DNA of 64,000 nt from Ignavibacteria bacterium (GTDB lineage: Bacteria > Bacteroidota > Ignavibacteria > UBA10030 > F1-140-MAGs086), in NCBI GenBank assembly GCA_016873775.1, contig VGWC01000004.1, forward strand, positions 1,830 to 65,829, written 5' to 3'. This document shows, in pieces, positions 19,071-28,989 of the stretch; position 1 is the stretch's first letter; each line of letters opens with the position of its first letter. The notes under the pieces were generated by a model, which was not told where the DNA came from, ran no database searches, and was given only the letters and a program-made list of their open reading frames with translations. Made by a program: the position numbers and the translations under genes.

Positions 19071-20777
19071 TTATCGCGGTGGAAATCCAACTTTGAAATC
19101 GGTAATTGCTGATTGAAAACGTTGAGCGGACATTTTGAGAACAAAATCTTTAAATGCTTCGGAAAATATCTTTGGAGATTTTTCCAAATCAATAATCATT
19201 CCGCGCCTCGCAAGTTCTTTCATTATTAGAATATTCATTCGCGCGTTTCTTCGTCCTTCTACTAAATCGGCGATAATGATTCGTTCGTCCATCGAGAAAC
19301 TATCCCAATATGCCTGAAAAACGTCTCGCACTTCTGCAATAAATTTTTGTTTCACTGCATCAATGTTCAACGGTGCATTGGGTGCTGATATTAATGCGTC
19401 CCACACAATGGAGCATGCAACTTGCAATAGATACGGATGATAACCCGCCAATCCGATAATGAGTTGGATAAACGGTTCAAACGATGGTCCTCCGGTTTTC
19501 ATCGAACGAAGTAAAAGTTCTTTTGCTTCGACTAGACTAAAGTGGCTGAGATTTATCGTCGAAAAAATTTCAGAGAACGGTTTTTCGGGATATTCTTTGT
19601 GTCCAATGGCGGCTTTCAGCGGAAGATGTGAAGATACGACTTCGATGATATTGTAATTCTCATCTACGAAACGAAGCAAATCAAAAAAGTACATATCAAA
19701 CGAATCGTTCTTTGCGAGATTATCTATTTCATCAATGATAAGAACAACGCATTTTTGCATTCGGTCAATATATCCCAACAATTTTCGGAAGCCATCGTAC
19801 GTAGGCGCAATTCCTTGTGTCATCTTTCCGGTTTTATCGAGACTGAAGTACAATGCAAGGAAAAATTCTTCAAGCGTAAAGTTCGGTGTTTTCGGACATT
19901 CAACGTAAGTGAAAATATATTCCTGTGGATTGCGTAAGTAGTGTTGACGAACTTCTTGATGTGTAAGATAATAAATCATTGACGTTATTCCCATTCTTCG
20001 TTCGCCGACAACGGAAATACTTCGTGTACTCTTCGAAGCAATGAGTTCGAAAATTTGGCGGATTTCCTCTTGGCGTCCGACAAAACCTTCTAAGGATGTA
20101 ATTTTTCCGCCGGTTTGATACGGGCTTTTCTTTTGCGTTTGCGTTGCGCCTGATTGAGGAGAAACTGTTTCTGCTTTTTTTTCTTCCTTCTGAGCAGTTT
20201 TTGAAACAGGTTGCACTGCGTTTCCAACATCATCACCATAAACATTATAAATTGTATGTGTGATGCCGTGTTTATCCGGAAGTTCTCCGCAGAAATGAAA
20301 CATTTGTTTGTAGCGTTCGTTGAGAACTGCAACCAAATCATACACTTCGCGAGATGCAAGTATATGATTCGTAACGCCAAAACTCATTAGTCGCTCTGCT
20401 TTGTTGACGGCGTTTCCGATAATGTCAGCATTCCCCGCTAAATCTCGGCGCACAGAGACTTGTCCGATATTGATTCCGATGCGTACATCAATTTTTTGTT
20501 CATCGGTGAGTTTCTGATTATTTTTTGCAAGAGCGGATTGAATTTCGATGGCAATTTTCAGCGGTGCTTCCATATCGTCGAAGAAACAAAGAATTGCACC
20601 ATCGCCTGTTGTTTTTATACAAAGCGAGTTTTGATTTGTTGTCTGGAATGTAGGAGTTTGTCGAATGATATTTTCCAACGTATATACTTTTTTTACTTGA
20701 AACTCATTCGTAAGTTTTGAAAAACCTACTATATCTAGCATTGCCACGTAGGCAATTCTTTTCTCCATCTCAGCCAC
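19071..20777 (-). CDS. Class III nucleotidyl cyclase fused to AAA/STAND-like ATPase and C-terminal helical domain
   Basis: 'LDIVGFSK', 'KTTGDGA', 'VRIGINIG', 'DIIGNAVNKAERL'; 'FVGRQEEI', degenerate Walker A 'GERRMGITS', Walker B 'LIIDEID', 'AGYHPYLLQ'. Confidence 0.85.
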   Translation of the reverse strand: MAEMEKRIAYVAMLDIVGFSKLTNEFQVKKVYTLENIIRQTPTFQTTNQNSLCIKTTGDGAILCFFDDMEAPLKIAIEIQSALAKNNQKLTDEQKIDVRIGINIGQVSVRRDLAGNADIIGNAVNKAERLMSFGVTNHILASREVYDLVAVLNERYKQMFHFCGELPDKHGITHTIYNVYGDDVGNAVQPVSKTAQKEEKKAETVSPQSGATQTQKKSPYQTGGKITSLEGFVGRQEEIRQIFELIASKSTRSISVVGERRMGITSMIYYLTHQEVRQHYLRNPQEYIFTYVECPKTPNFTLEEFFLALYFSLDKTGKMTQGIAPTYDGFRKLLGYIDRMQKCVVLIIDEIDNLAKNDSFDMYFFDLLRFVDENYNIIEVVSSHLPLKAAIGHKEYPEKPFSEIFSTINLSHFSLVEAKELLLRSMKTGGPSFEPFIQLIIGLAGYHPYLLQVACSIVWDALISAPNAPLNIDAVKQKFIAEVRDVFQAYWDSFSMDERIIIADLVEGRRNARMNILIMKELARRGMIIDLEKSPKIFSEAFKDFVLKMSAQRFQSAITDFKVGFPPR

Positions 20778-20856
20778 GGTTGTCTCTACGCATTAACGAT
20801 TGTTTGAATGTTGTAAATAAATTTGCAAATGATTTCTACTTTTTAGAAAGTGAGAG

Positions 20857-20887
20857 CAAATATACATTTCTTTAAGTAACAATTCAA
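20857..20887 (-). promoter_or_regulatory. Bacteroidota-type -33/-7 promoter for the cyclase-STAND gene
   Basis: Minus-strand TTG (20887-20885), 20-nt spacer, TATATTTG (20864-20857) matching TAnnTTTG. Confidence 0.5.
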
Positions 20888-20899
20888 GTTAATTTTCAA

Positions 20900-21681
20900 A
20901 CAAAGAAATTTTTTCTTTTGCGAGTTGCGCTAATGAAGAAATAAACTGGGTAAATTGTTGAGTCCTGTAGTCCTTGCGAATTGCTGTATACCTCATTGAT
21001 ACGCTAGTTCTCGTATTTCGATATTTATTTCGCACTGTGTTTCGATATGGTCGGTAACAAATGCAATCGGAATGACTAAAATATTTTTCTTTTGTTCTGC
21101 TGCTACGTTTTCTATTGTTCCTTCAACGAAGGTTTTAACAATTTTACAGGACCTACTTTGCTTTGATAACAAATAGACGAGGAAAGATTCCATTTCCCTG
21201 TTTCAAGCACTGAACGAACAGTTTCTTCAATCTGAAATTGATATTGGTCGCCTTTTCTAATAAGAGAAAGTTGTAAAAGAATATTGAGGATACATAGGGA
21301 TTAAAACAATGCGCTGAAAATGTCCTCGACAAATTTTTTCGATGGCTACGTGGGTGAACGGTTTCCAATACCGCATTGCAACAAAAACTGAAACATTTTC
21401 TGTTCGGCGAAGTTCGTTTTCCAATGCAGTTACTTGCAATTCAGTAAGTTCACGGATAGGAGATTTTCCTCCGATTGTTGCATAGTGTTCTCTCACTGTT
21501 TTTGAACGCCGAGAAGAAATAAATTGTGCCAGTAATTTCCTTGCTAAAAATGCAACGGAAAATCAATGATATCGGGGTCGCTAAATAAATTGTATAAAAA
21601 ATGCTCAACAGCATCGAGCGAATCCGGTTCACCTAATTGAAAAAGTACGACAGCAGTTTTTTGTTCCGAAATTGATTGTAT
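20900..21681 (-). pseudogene. hemH: Ferrochelatase pseudogene (frameshifts, stops, internal deletions)
   Basis: Fragments in different frames: '[30 protein letters not shown]', 'YATIGGKSPI...FVAMRYWKPF...LIPMYPQYS', 'VIPIAFVTDHIET..EI.IE'; start codon appears as ATA. Confidence 0.88.
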
Positions 21682-21795
21682 CGAAAAATAAATTTGAAAA
21701 AAATACTTAAACTCTTTTTCGCAAACCTATTTGGCATAGAATAAATTCGATTGTTATATTGCACCCGTTTTTGGAACCCGAATTTTTTACCCACT

Positions 21796-22899
21796 ATGAA
21801 TTTTAAAAATTTTATCTATTTCTTATTTACCATTGCATTTATTTATCCAACACAAATTTTTCCACTTCCGCGATTTTCATTGAAAGAAAATATGCGATGT
21901 TCATCGTGTCATACTAATCCGACAGGAGGACAAATGCGCAATGAATACGGAACAACGTACAGTCTCGACAAGTTATCTCTTGAATCAACGTTCGAAGAAG
22001 ATTTTTCTTTTGACCCGAAACTTTCTGATAACATAACGATAGGTGCGGATGTTCGAACGCAATTTTTATCAGAAGAATTTTCGCACTTGAATACATTTCA
22101 GTTGATGACAGCGTCATTGTATGCATCTGCTCGACTTTCGAAAAAAATTACATTGTATTTGAAACAAGATATCGTGAACGGTACGTATGGAAATTATTAC
22201 GGCGGAACAGAAGTTTTTGGAATGTTGAAATTATTTCCGAAGTTCTATATCAAAGGAGGAAGTTTTCTTCCGGATTTTGGTTGGAAACAGGATGACCATA
22301 CAATTTTTACTCGAGCGAAATTATTTTTCCCCCCGAATTACAAAGATATCGGAATTGAATTCGGAAGTTCGCTGGACAATATATTCGTAACTGCCGGAAT
22401 ATTTAACGGAACTGGAAATTATTCTACGCTCGAATATTCTCGACATAAAGCATTTGTTGTAAAAGCAGAAATTGCTCAATCGGTTTCTCAAGTTCATTAT
22501 GTTGTTGGTTTTTCGGGTTACCAATATCAAAACTATAAAATGGGAGGTATTCATCTAAGTGCAAATGTTGATGATGTTATTTTTTTAGGTGAAATAGATT
22601 GGACAAATGGTGCGTTAGATATTTTTTCGTCTCCTCCTGCGTTTGATAACACGAGTAAGTCAATGGCAATGTTTGCAGAAATAGATTATCGGTTTATTCA
22701 AGGACTTTGGTTAACGGGACGCTATGAACAATTTGACACGTATCGAAGTGTGCGCGGAGATGAAAAACATAGAATTGTCATCGGTGCAGAATTTTTTCCG
22801 TATTCATTTGTTGAGATTCGTCCGCAGTATCGTTTCAATGTTGAAACGCCAACAGTTTCCAACAATCAATTCCTTATTCAATCACATTTATGGTTTTGA
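21796..22899 (+). CDS. Monohaem cytochrome c fused to an outer-membrane beta-barrel (Cyc2-like architecture)
   Basis: Signal peptide, 'LPRFSLKENMRCSSCHTNPTGG..RN.YG', then amphipathic strands ending in HLWF. Confidence 0.7.
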   Translation: MNFKNFIYFLFTIAFIYPTQIFPLPRFSLKENMRCSSCHTNPTGGQMRNEYGTTYSLDKLSLESTFEEDFSFDPKLSDNITIGADVRTQFLSEEFSHLNTFQLMTASLYASARLSKKITLYLKQDIVNGTYGNYYGGTEVFGMLKLFPKFYIKGGSFLPDFGWKQDDHTIFTRAKLFFPPNYKDIGIEFGSSLDNIFVTAGIFNGTGNYSTLEYSRHKAFVVKAEIAQSVSQVHYVVGFSGYQYQNYKMGGIHLSANVDDVIFLGEIDWTNGALDIFSSPPAFDNTSKSMAMFAEIDYRFIQGLWLTGRYEQFDTYRSVRGDEKHRIVIGAEFFPYSFVEIRPQYRFNVETPTVSNNQFLIQSHLWF

Positions 22900-22907
22900 G
22901 GTGTACA

Positions 22908-23393
22908 ATGAAAATATATGTATCAGTACTATTGTTCTTTGTGTCAACCGATTCATTTTTTTCGCAAGAAAGCAGTACTTCGGAAAAAACGAAGAAGAAA
23001 AAAAACGATACAACATCAACGACAGTAATTCAAGAAAGAAAGAATTCAGAAGAAAACGTTGAAACAAACAAAGAATTGGGAAAGAACGTTACTGTTTCTT
23101 TTTCCAAAGTAATTTTTCCGCTTCTGCAAAAACATTGTATGCCGTGTCATTCGGAAGAAGAGGAAAATCCAAGCGAATTGTATTTTGAATCGTACGAAAT
23201 GCTAATGCATGGCGGGAAAAATGGTGTTCCGATTATTTCGGGCAAAGGAGATTCGAGTATGTTTATACAAAAATTGCGACCGAAACCAACCTTTGGCGAC
23301 CAAATGCCATTGCCAAAACGGAAAACAAAACTTTCAGAAGAAGTGATTCAAATTTTTGTTGATTGGATCAATCAGGGTGCAAAAAAAAATTAA
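22908..23393 (+). CDS. Planctomycete-type monohaem cytochrome c (PSCyt1-like)
   Basis: 'F...I.PLL..HCMPCH', 'GG..G..I..G....S', 'MP', 'I..W..QGA'; start ATG 22908 after GAGGTG. Confidence 0.85.
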   Translation: MKIYVSVLLFFVSTDSFFSQESSTSEKTKKKKNDTTSTTVIQERKNSEENVETNKELGKNVTVSFSKVIFPLLQKHCMPCHSEEEENPSELYFESYEMLMHGGKNGVPIISGKGDSSMFIQKLRPKPTFGDQMPLPKRKTKLSEEVIQIFVDWINQGAKKN

Positions 23394-23414
23394 CTGAATA
23401 CAGTACGTAATTAC

Positions 23415-24251
23415 TTGATTGAACTTCACAAGACAATTCAAGAACTCTATAATACAGAACTGCATTTGCTTCAACGTTCTGATGTCGTACCTGTTTTCAA
23501 CGAACTCAAAACACAGTTAAATTCAGGAACACTGCGAACGGCAGAAAAAAAGGATGGGCATTGGAGTGTTCATGAGTGGATTAAACAAGGAATCCTTCTT
23601 GGATTTCGCGTTGGGATTCTTTCCGAAATTACATCCGCGTCCCCGTTTCAATTTTTTGACAAAGATAATTTTCCAACCAAAAAATTTTCTTTCGAAGATG
23701 GTGTTCGCATTGTCATGGGAGGAACAACTGTTCGTGATGGATGTTATCTTGCAAAAGGAGTTGTAATAATGCCTCCTGCATACGTGAATATCGGCGCGTA
23801 TATTGATGAAGGAACAATGATTGATTCACACGCACTTGTAGGTTCGTGCGCGCAAATAGGAAAGCGCGTTCATATTTCTGCAGGAGCGCAAATTGGAGGA
23901 GTGTTAGAGCCGATTAAAGCAATGCCCGTAATCATAGAAGACGATGTTTTTGTGGGAGGGAATTGTGGAATCTTTGAAGGCGTCATCGTTTCTGAAGGAG
24001 CGGTAATTGCATCGGGTGTAAATCTTACGGCATCAACTCCGGTTTATGATGTTGTTCGGGAAAACATACTTTGCGGAACAAAAAAACATCCGTTGGTAAT
24101 TCCTCGAAATGCCGTTGTCGTATCTGGCGGAAGACCCATATCAGGAAAATGGGCAGAAGAAAACAGATTGGTCATCTTCACACCGATGATTATTAAGTAT
24201 CGCGACGAAAAAACAAACAATGCTACGCTGTTGGAAGAAAATCTTCGATAA
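23415..24251 (+). CDS. dapD: Tetrahydrodipicolinate N-succinyltransferase
   Basis: 'W.K..ILL.F', 'VNIGAY', 'VGSCAQIG', 'IGGVLEP'. Confidence 0.95.
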   Translation: MIELHKTIQELYNTELHLLQRSDVVPVFNELKTQLNSGTLRTAEKKDGHWSVHEWIKQGILLGFRVGILSEITSASPFQFFDKDNFPTKKFSFEDGVRIVMGGTTVRDGCYLAKGVVIMPPAYVNIGAYIDEGTMIDSHALVGSCAQIGKRVHISAGAQIGGVLEPIKAMPVIIEDDVFVGGNCGIFEGVIVSEGAVIASGVNLTASTPVYDVVRENILCGTKKHPLVIPRNAVVVSGGRPISGKWAEENRLVIFTPMIIKYRDEKTNNATLLEENLR

Positions 24252-24256
24252 TTTTT

Positions 24257-25168
24257 ATGGCAAAAAAGATTCTCATCACGGGTAGCAATGGATTAGTAGG
24301 ACAAAAACTTGCGTTTGTTTTTTCTCAAAGCGAGCAATATCAACTCTTACTTACATCCAAACACGAAAAGTCCGTATTTGGAAATTTGTTACCGTATCGG
24401 AAAATGAATTTATCCGTTAAGAAAGAAGTACATTCTGTTGTGAATGATTATTTACCGGATGTTATTATCAACGCCGGTTCTTATACAGATGTGGATGGTT
24501 GTGAAAAAGAAAAGGAACAGGCATGGCTTGCAAATGTTGTTGGTGTTGAGCATTTAATTTCTGCAGTCAAATCGGAAACGCACATCATTCATTATTCGTC
24601 GGATTATATTTTTGACGGTAAAGCGGGACCGTATGACGAAACATCGCTTCCTAATCCGATATCGTATTATGGAAAAACAAAATTAGCAAGCGAAAATGCA
24701 TTGCGAATGAGTTCGCATCCATTCACGATATTAAGAACATTGATTGTGTACGGAACTGGAATAAACGTTAAAACAAATTTTGCGCTTTGGGTGATTCGTT
24801 CGTTACAAGAGAAAAAAAATATTCGTGTTGTTACTGACCAATGGGGGAATCCTACACTTGCAGATGATTTGGCGTTTGCGGCTTTAAAAATTGTTGAATT
24901 GGAGCGTGCTGGAGTGTACAATATTGCGGGAGAAAATATTTTGAATCGTTTTCAGTTTGCGCAAACTATCGCGGAGCAATTTCAACTGAATACATCTCAC
25001 ATTATTCCAATTGTTACAAGCGATTTGAAACAAGTTGCACCGCGTCCGTTACGTTCGGGATTTATAACATTGAAAGCCGAAACAGAATTAAGTTTAAAAT
25101 TATCGGGAGTAACAAAAGGACTTTCCGTTTTATATCATCAACTAATGTTAGAAAAAAAACAAAACTGA
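24257..25168 (+). CDS. rfbD: dTDP-4-dehydrorhamnose reductase family SDR
   Basis: 'ITGSNGLVG', 'YTDVDGCE', 'SSDYIFDG', 'YYGKTK', 'DQWGNPT'. Confidence 0.9.
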   Translation: MAKKILITGSNGLVGQKLAFVFSQSEQYQLLLTSKHEKSVFGNLLPYRKMNLSVKKEVHSVVNDYLPDVIINAGSYTDVDGCEKEKEQAWLANVVGVEHLISAVKSETHIIHYSSDYIFDGKAGPYDETSLPNPISYYGKTKLASENALRMSSHPFTILRTLIVYGTGINVKTNFALWVIRSLQEKKNIRVVTDQWGNPTLADDLAFAALKIVELERAGVYNIAGENILNRFQFAQTIAEQFQLNTSHIIPIVTSDLKQVAPRPLRSGFITLKAETELSLKLSGVTKGLSVLYHQLMLEKKQN

Positions 25169-25173
25169 AATCT

Positions 25174-26439
25174 ATGCTTGATTTAAAATATATCCGCGAG
25201 CATCCTGAAGAAGTTCATGAAGGAATAAGAAAAAAAGGAGAAAAAGATTTTGTCAATGATATTCTGAATCTTGATAAAAGAAGAAGAGAATTGCAATTCA
25301 GCGTTGATGCACTCAAGAACAGACGCAACATTGTAACAGAAGAAATTGCCGCATTGAAGAAACGGAACGAAGATGCTACGACGTTAATTTCTGAAATGGG
25401 AACATTAAAAAGCGAGATTCAACAATATGACAAAGAAGTGTTTGACATAGACCAAAAACTCAATCAGTTGTTATTGACGATTCCCAATGTTCCTCATGTT
25501 TCCGTTCCTTTTGGTAAAGCACCTGAAGAAAATGTGCCAATATTTACTTGGGGAAAATTATCCGAGATGGATGTTGAGCCGAAACCACATTGGGAGATTG
25601 CAGAAAAATGTGGAATCATAGATTTCAATCGCGGAGCAATGGTTTCGGGAACAGGATTTCCTTTCTATGTTGGAAAAGGTGCGCAATTGCAGCGAGCGCT
25701 AATCAATTTTTTTCTTGATGAAGCGAACGAACACGGATATACGGAAATTGAACCGCCAATTGTTGTGAACGAAGATTCTGCAAGAGGAACGGGACAAATT
25801 CCCGACAAAGAGGATTTGATGTACATTGCAGAGCGAGACGGATTATATCTTGTTCCTACGGCAGAAGTACCGGTAACAAACTTTCATCGGAATGAAATTA
25901 TTTTAGAAGAGAAATTGCCCATAAAATACTGCGCGTACACTCCTTGTTTTCGTCGTGAAGCAGGTTCGTATGGAAAAGATGTTCGCGGGTTAAATCGCTT
26001 GCACCAGTTTGACAAAGTGGAATTAGTAAAATTTGTAATTCCCGATTCTTCATACAACGAGTTGGAAAAATTACGAAGTGACGCAGAAATCTTACTCCAA
26101 AAACTCAATATTCCTTATCGTGTATTGCTGATGTGTACAGGAGATATGGGATTTTCTCAAGCAAAGAAGTATGACCTCGAAGTGTGGTCGGCGGCGCAAA
26201 AAAAATGGTTAGAAGTTTCTTCGGTAAGTAATTTTGAATCGTTTCAGGCGAGAAGAATGAACATTCGTTATCGTCCAATGAACGGAGGAAAACCGGAAAT
26301 TCTACATACGCTTAATGGTTCCGCGCTTGCGTTGCCAAGAATAGTTGCTGCTATTTTAGAAAATTATCAAACTCCCGAAGGAAAAGTCATCGTTCCTTCG
26401 GTTCTTCAGAAGTATACCAGATTTTCTGTTTTTGAATAA
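25174..26439 (+). CDS. serS: Seryl-tRNA synthetase
   Basis: 'MLDLKYIRE', 'PTAEVP', 'CFRREAG', 'RLHQFDKVE', 'HTLNGSALA'. Confidence 0.98.
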   Translation: MLDLKYIREHPEEVHEGIRKKGEKDFVNDILNLDKRRRELQFSVDALKNRRNIVTEEIAALKKRNEDATTLISEMGTLKSEIQQYDKEVFDIDQKLNQLLLTIPNVPHVSVPFGKAPEENVPIFTWGKLSEMDVEPKPHWEIAEKCGIIDFNRGAMVSGTGFPFYVGKGAQLQRALINFFLDEANEHGYTEIEPPIVVNEDSARGTGQIPDKEDLMYIAERDGLYLVPTAEVPVTNFHRNEIILEEKLPIKYCAYTPCFRREAGSYGKDVRGLNRLHQFDKVELVKFVIPDSSYNELEKLRSDAEILLQKLNIPYRVLLMCTGDMGFSQAKKYDLEVWSAAQKKWLEVSSVSNFESFQARRMNIRYRPMNGGKPEILHTLNGSALALPRIVAAILENYQTPEGKVIVPSVLQKYTRFSVFE

Positions 26440-26452
26440 GGAAGTATGCTAT

Positions 26453-26767
26453 TTATTGAAGTTCATCATTCGTGAACATCGTAGAAGGAGATTCTGATTG
26501 TTGAGGTTCCGTTTTCTGTGGCTGAGAAAATAACCGATGTTTGCTTTTGTAGTGAATGACAATAAGCGAAGCAATGTATCCTTCTAAATTAAAAGAAGTG
26601 CGAAGGTCTTCGATATATTCTTTCTGATTTGCAGAAGTTATATCCGTCATAGATAAAATCCGTTCCCATTCACTCCAAGGTTTTTTCGTTCGGGATTCTA
26701 TGATTTGCTCGGATTTTTCTTGAGTTTGCGATTGGGGAGGAGGTTGTTGTGAGTTTTGTAGTTCCAT
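26453..26767 (-). CDS. Hypothetical protein, Q/P-rich termini
   Basis: Fills the gap between serS and the WD40 gene; no recognisable motif. Confidence 0.5.
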   Translation of the reverse strand: MELQNSQQPPPQSQTQEKSEQIIESRTKKPWSEWERILSMTDITSANQKEYIEDLRTSFNLEGYIASLIVIHYKSKHRLFSQPQKTEPQQSESPSTMFTNDELQ

Positions 26768-26885
26768 AAATGCGGGGAAAATATAGTAAAAATTATTTTT
26801 TCATTTCAAACTCTGCAAATATTGTGCTTCGTAAGTGTTTCTCGTATATTCATCCGAAATTTTCTAACGTTGAGAGGAAAAAATT

Positions 26886-28805
26886 ATGACCGAAACGTCG
26901 CAACAAACGCATCAGAAGAAAAAACAAGCAGCGCCCGCTTATACGCAACGCCAAGCAGAAGAACGACTTGCGCATTATAAAGAAATCATTTCGGAAATGA
27001 AACATCCTAATGAAATGGAAACGGTTCTTTCCATCACGAAAGATATTGCAGAATCCGGATTTAACGTAACAGAAATTCATCAAATGCTTGCGGAACGAGC
27101 GATGGTTTTTGTTTTGAAATCGTTGGAAGAAATATCGTTGCATTTTGTAGAAGAATTTCTGCATATTGTTAAAAAAACAATAGCAAACGTTCAAACTCAA
27201 CTGAACCAAGCATCAGAAATGGCGTATGCGATTGCTCGAAATAAACTTGAAGAAGGCGATGTTGGTTTAGTTCGCCGATATTATCAAGTAGGAAAATTAG
27301 CAAGCGACGATAAACGCTATTTGGAAGAACAACTTGAAACACGTTTGATGGAATTAGCGGATGAACGGTTGAACGATGATACAGTTGAGTTAGTAGATAA
27401 TTACATCAGTATTGCAAAAACGATTACTATTGATTTAACTCCCGCGCGTCAAAAGATGACAGAAAAAGCACTTCGGCTTGCAGAACGCACACTTGACCAA
27501 AATAAATATGATTTAACGGAAAGTTATGTTGGTCTTGCCGCAGTTGCCGGAGGAGATGTTACTGTTTCGCAAGAATACCTCGCAAAAAAATCTCTTGCAC
27601 TTATTGAGAAAGAAATGCAAGTTCCTATAAAAGAACGGAACATAAAAGTTGCATGGCAATTGATACGAATAGTTAGCAGTGTTGGTGGAGATTCCGGAGA
27701 ATTCGAAACAAAATTGGTTGCAGATATCAATGGATTGGAAAGTGCGAAACGACGATTTCAAATAATTCGCGCACTTGTAGTTGTTGCAATCATTGGTGGA
27801 TTGTTTTATGGCCTTTTATGGTGGCGAGAGCAAAGTAAATTAGAAAAAATAAAAGCAGAAAAAGTAGAAAACGATAAGCGGACACAGATTTGGGAACAAC
27901 GCTTATCTGCTGCAACGTTTGGTGATATACTCTATTCACTTTCTAAACACTCGGAAGGTATAACCGATGTTGCTCTCTCTGCTAATGAACAGTATTTTGT
28001 AACAGTAGGTAATGACCACAAAACCTACGTTTGGAGATTGAATGACGGAACGTTGGATTCATTATATGTAAATATTGATAATCCCAGTGTCATCTTAACA
28101 GTTTCCATATCTTCTGATAACCAATATGTGTTTGCTGGTGGAAACGAAATAGTAACAGTTACTGAATTACTTACAGGAAAACTCGTGAGAACTATTGACG
28201 CTCATACAGATTTTGTTACTACATCTGCAGTTACGAATGATAATACATATTACATTTCTGGGAGTGGCGATAAAAGTATTCACGCTTGGAATATATCCGA
28301 TGGAACAGAAGCAAAAAATTTCGACGGACACACGGGAATGGTAAATGCGCTTTCAATTACTTCTGATAACAAAATATTAGTTTCTACGAGCGATGATTCG
28401 ACGATACGATTATGGAATATTTCTGAAGAGAAAGAATTTTCTCGATTATACGGAAACGACATTATGAAATCGGTTTCCGTTAGTTCCGAAGGAAATTGTA
28501 TTGCTTCTGGAACTCCACATGGAAAAATACTTCTTTGGAAATTATCCGATGGAACAATGCTTCAGACCATAGACGCTGGAAGTGCAAGTATCAATACACT
28601 GTCATTTGCAAATCAAGGCAAAGAAATTATTGCCGGAACAGATGCGGGAGAAATTTCGGTGTGGAATGTTAGCGATGGGAAAAATCTTCGACGCTTACAA
28701 CTTCATAATGGGAGTATAACATCGTTCGTTGTTCATTCAAAAAATTCTTTCATCATTTCTGTTGGCGGGAACGATAATCTCATCAAAGTGATAAAGTTCT
28801 ACTAA
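26886..28805 (+). CDS. Single-pass membrane protein: N-terminal 41-aa helical repeats, C-terminal WD40 beta-propeller
   Basis: TM 'ALVVVAIIGGLFYGLLWW'; WD40 units 'GHTGMVNALSIT...STSDDSTIRLWN'. Confidence 0.85.
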   Translation: MTETSQQTHQKKKQAAPAYTQRQAEERLAHYKEIISEMKHPNEMETVLSITKDIAESGFNVTEIHQMLAERAMVFVLKSLEEISLHFVEEFLHIVKKTIANVQTQLNQASEMAYAIARNKLEEGDVGLVRRYYQVGKLASDDKRYLEEQLETRLMELADERLNDDTVELVDNYISIAKTITIDLTPARQKMTEKALRLAERTLDQNKYDLTESYVGLAAVAGGDVTVSQEYLAKKSLALIEKEMQVPIKERNIKVAWQLIRIVSSVGGDSGEFETKLVADINGLESAKRRFQIIRALVVVAIIGGLFYGLLWWREQSKLEKIKAEKVENDKRTQIWEQRLSAATFGDILYSLSKHSEGITDVALSANEQYFVTVGNDHKTYVWRLNDGTLDSLYVNIDNPSVILTVSISSDNQYVFAGGNEIVTVTELLTGKLVRTIDAHTDFVTTSAVTNDNTYYISGSGDKSIHAWNISDGTEAKNFDGHTGMVNALSITSDNKILVSTSDDSTIRLWNISEEKEFSRLYGNDIMKSVSVSSEGNCIASGTPHGKILLWKLSDGTMLQTIDAGSASINTLSFANQGKEIIAGTDAGEISVWNVSDGKNLRRLQLHNGSITSFVVHSKNSFIISVGGNDNLIKVIKFY

Positions 28806-28832
28806 AATTTTCACGAGCATTATTGTGATATT

Positions 28833-28907
28833 CGGGGCGTGGCTCAGTCCGGCTAGAGTGCTTGGTTCGGGACCAAGAGGTCGCTGGTTCGAATCCAGTC
28901 GCCCCGA
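28833..28907 (+). tRNA. tRNA-Pro(CGG)
   Basis: CGGGGCG/CGCCCCG acceptor stem; CTTGG-TTCGGGA-CCAAG anticodon arm. Confidence 0.96.
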
Positions 28908-28989
28908 CAATTTATTTCAGATATTCTGGATTCTTTGATATTTATCGTTGCGATAACCAAAAGCAACGATATTTTTTTTCTCAACGGTA

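Noticed and set aside
19071..20777. Calling the cyclase-STAND gene a Pycsar or Avs defence system
   Set aside because: No adjacent cNMP-binding effector and no C-terminal sensor repeats; kept only as a hypothesis
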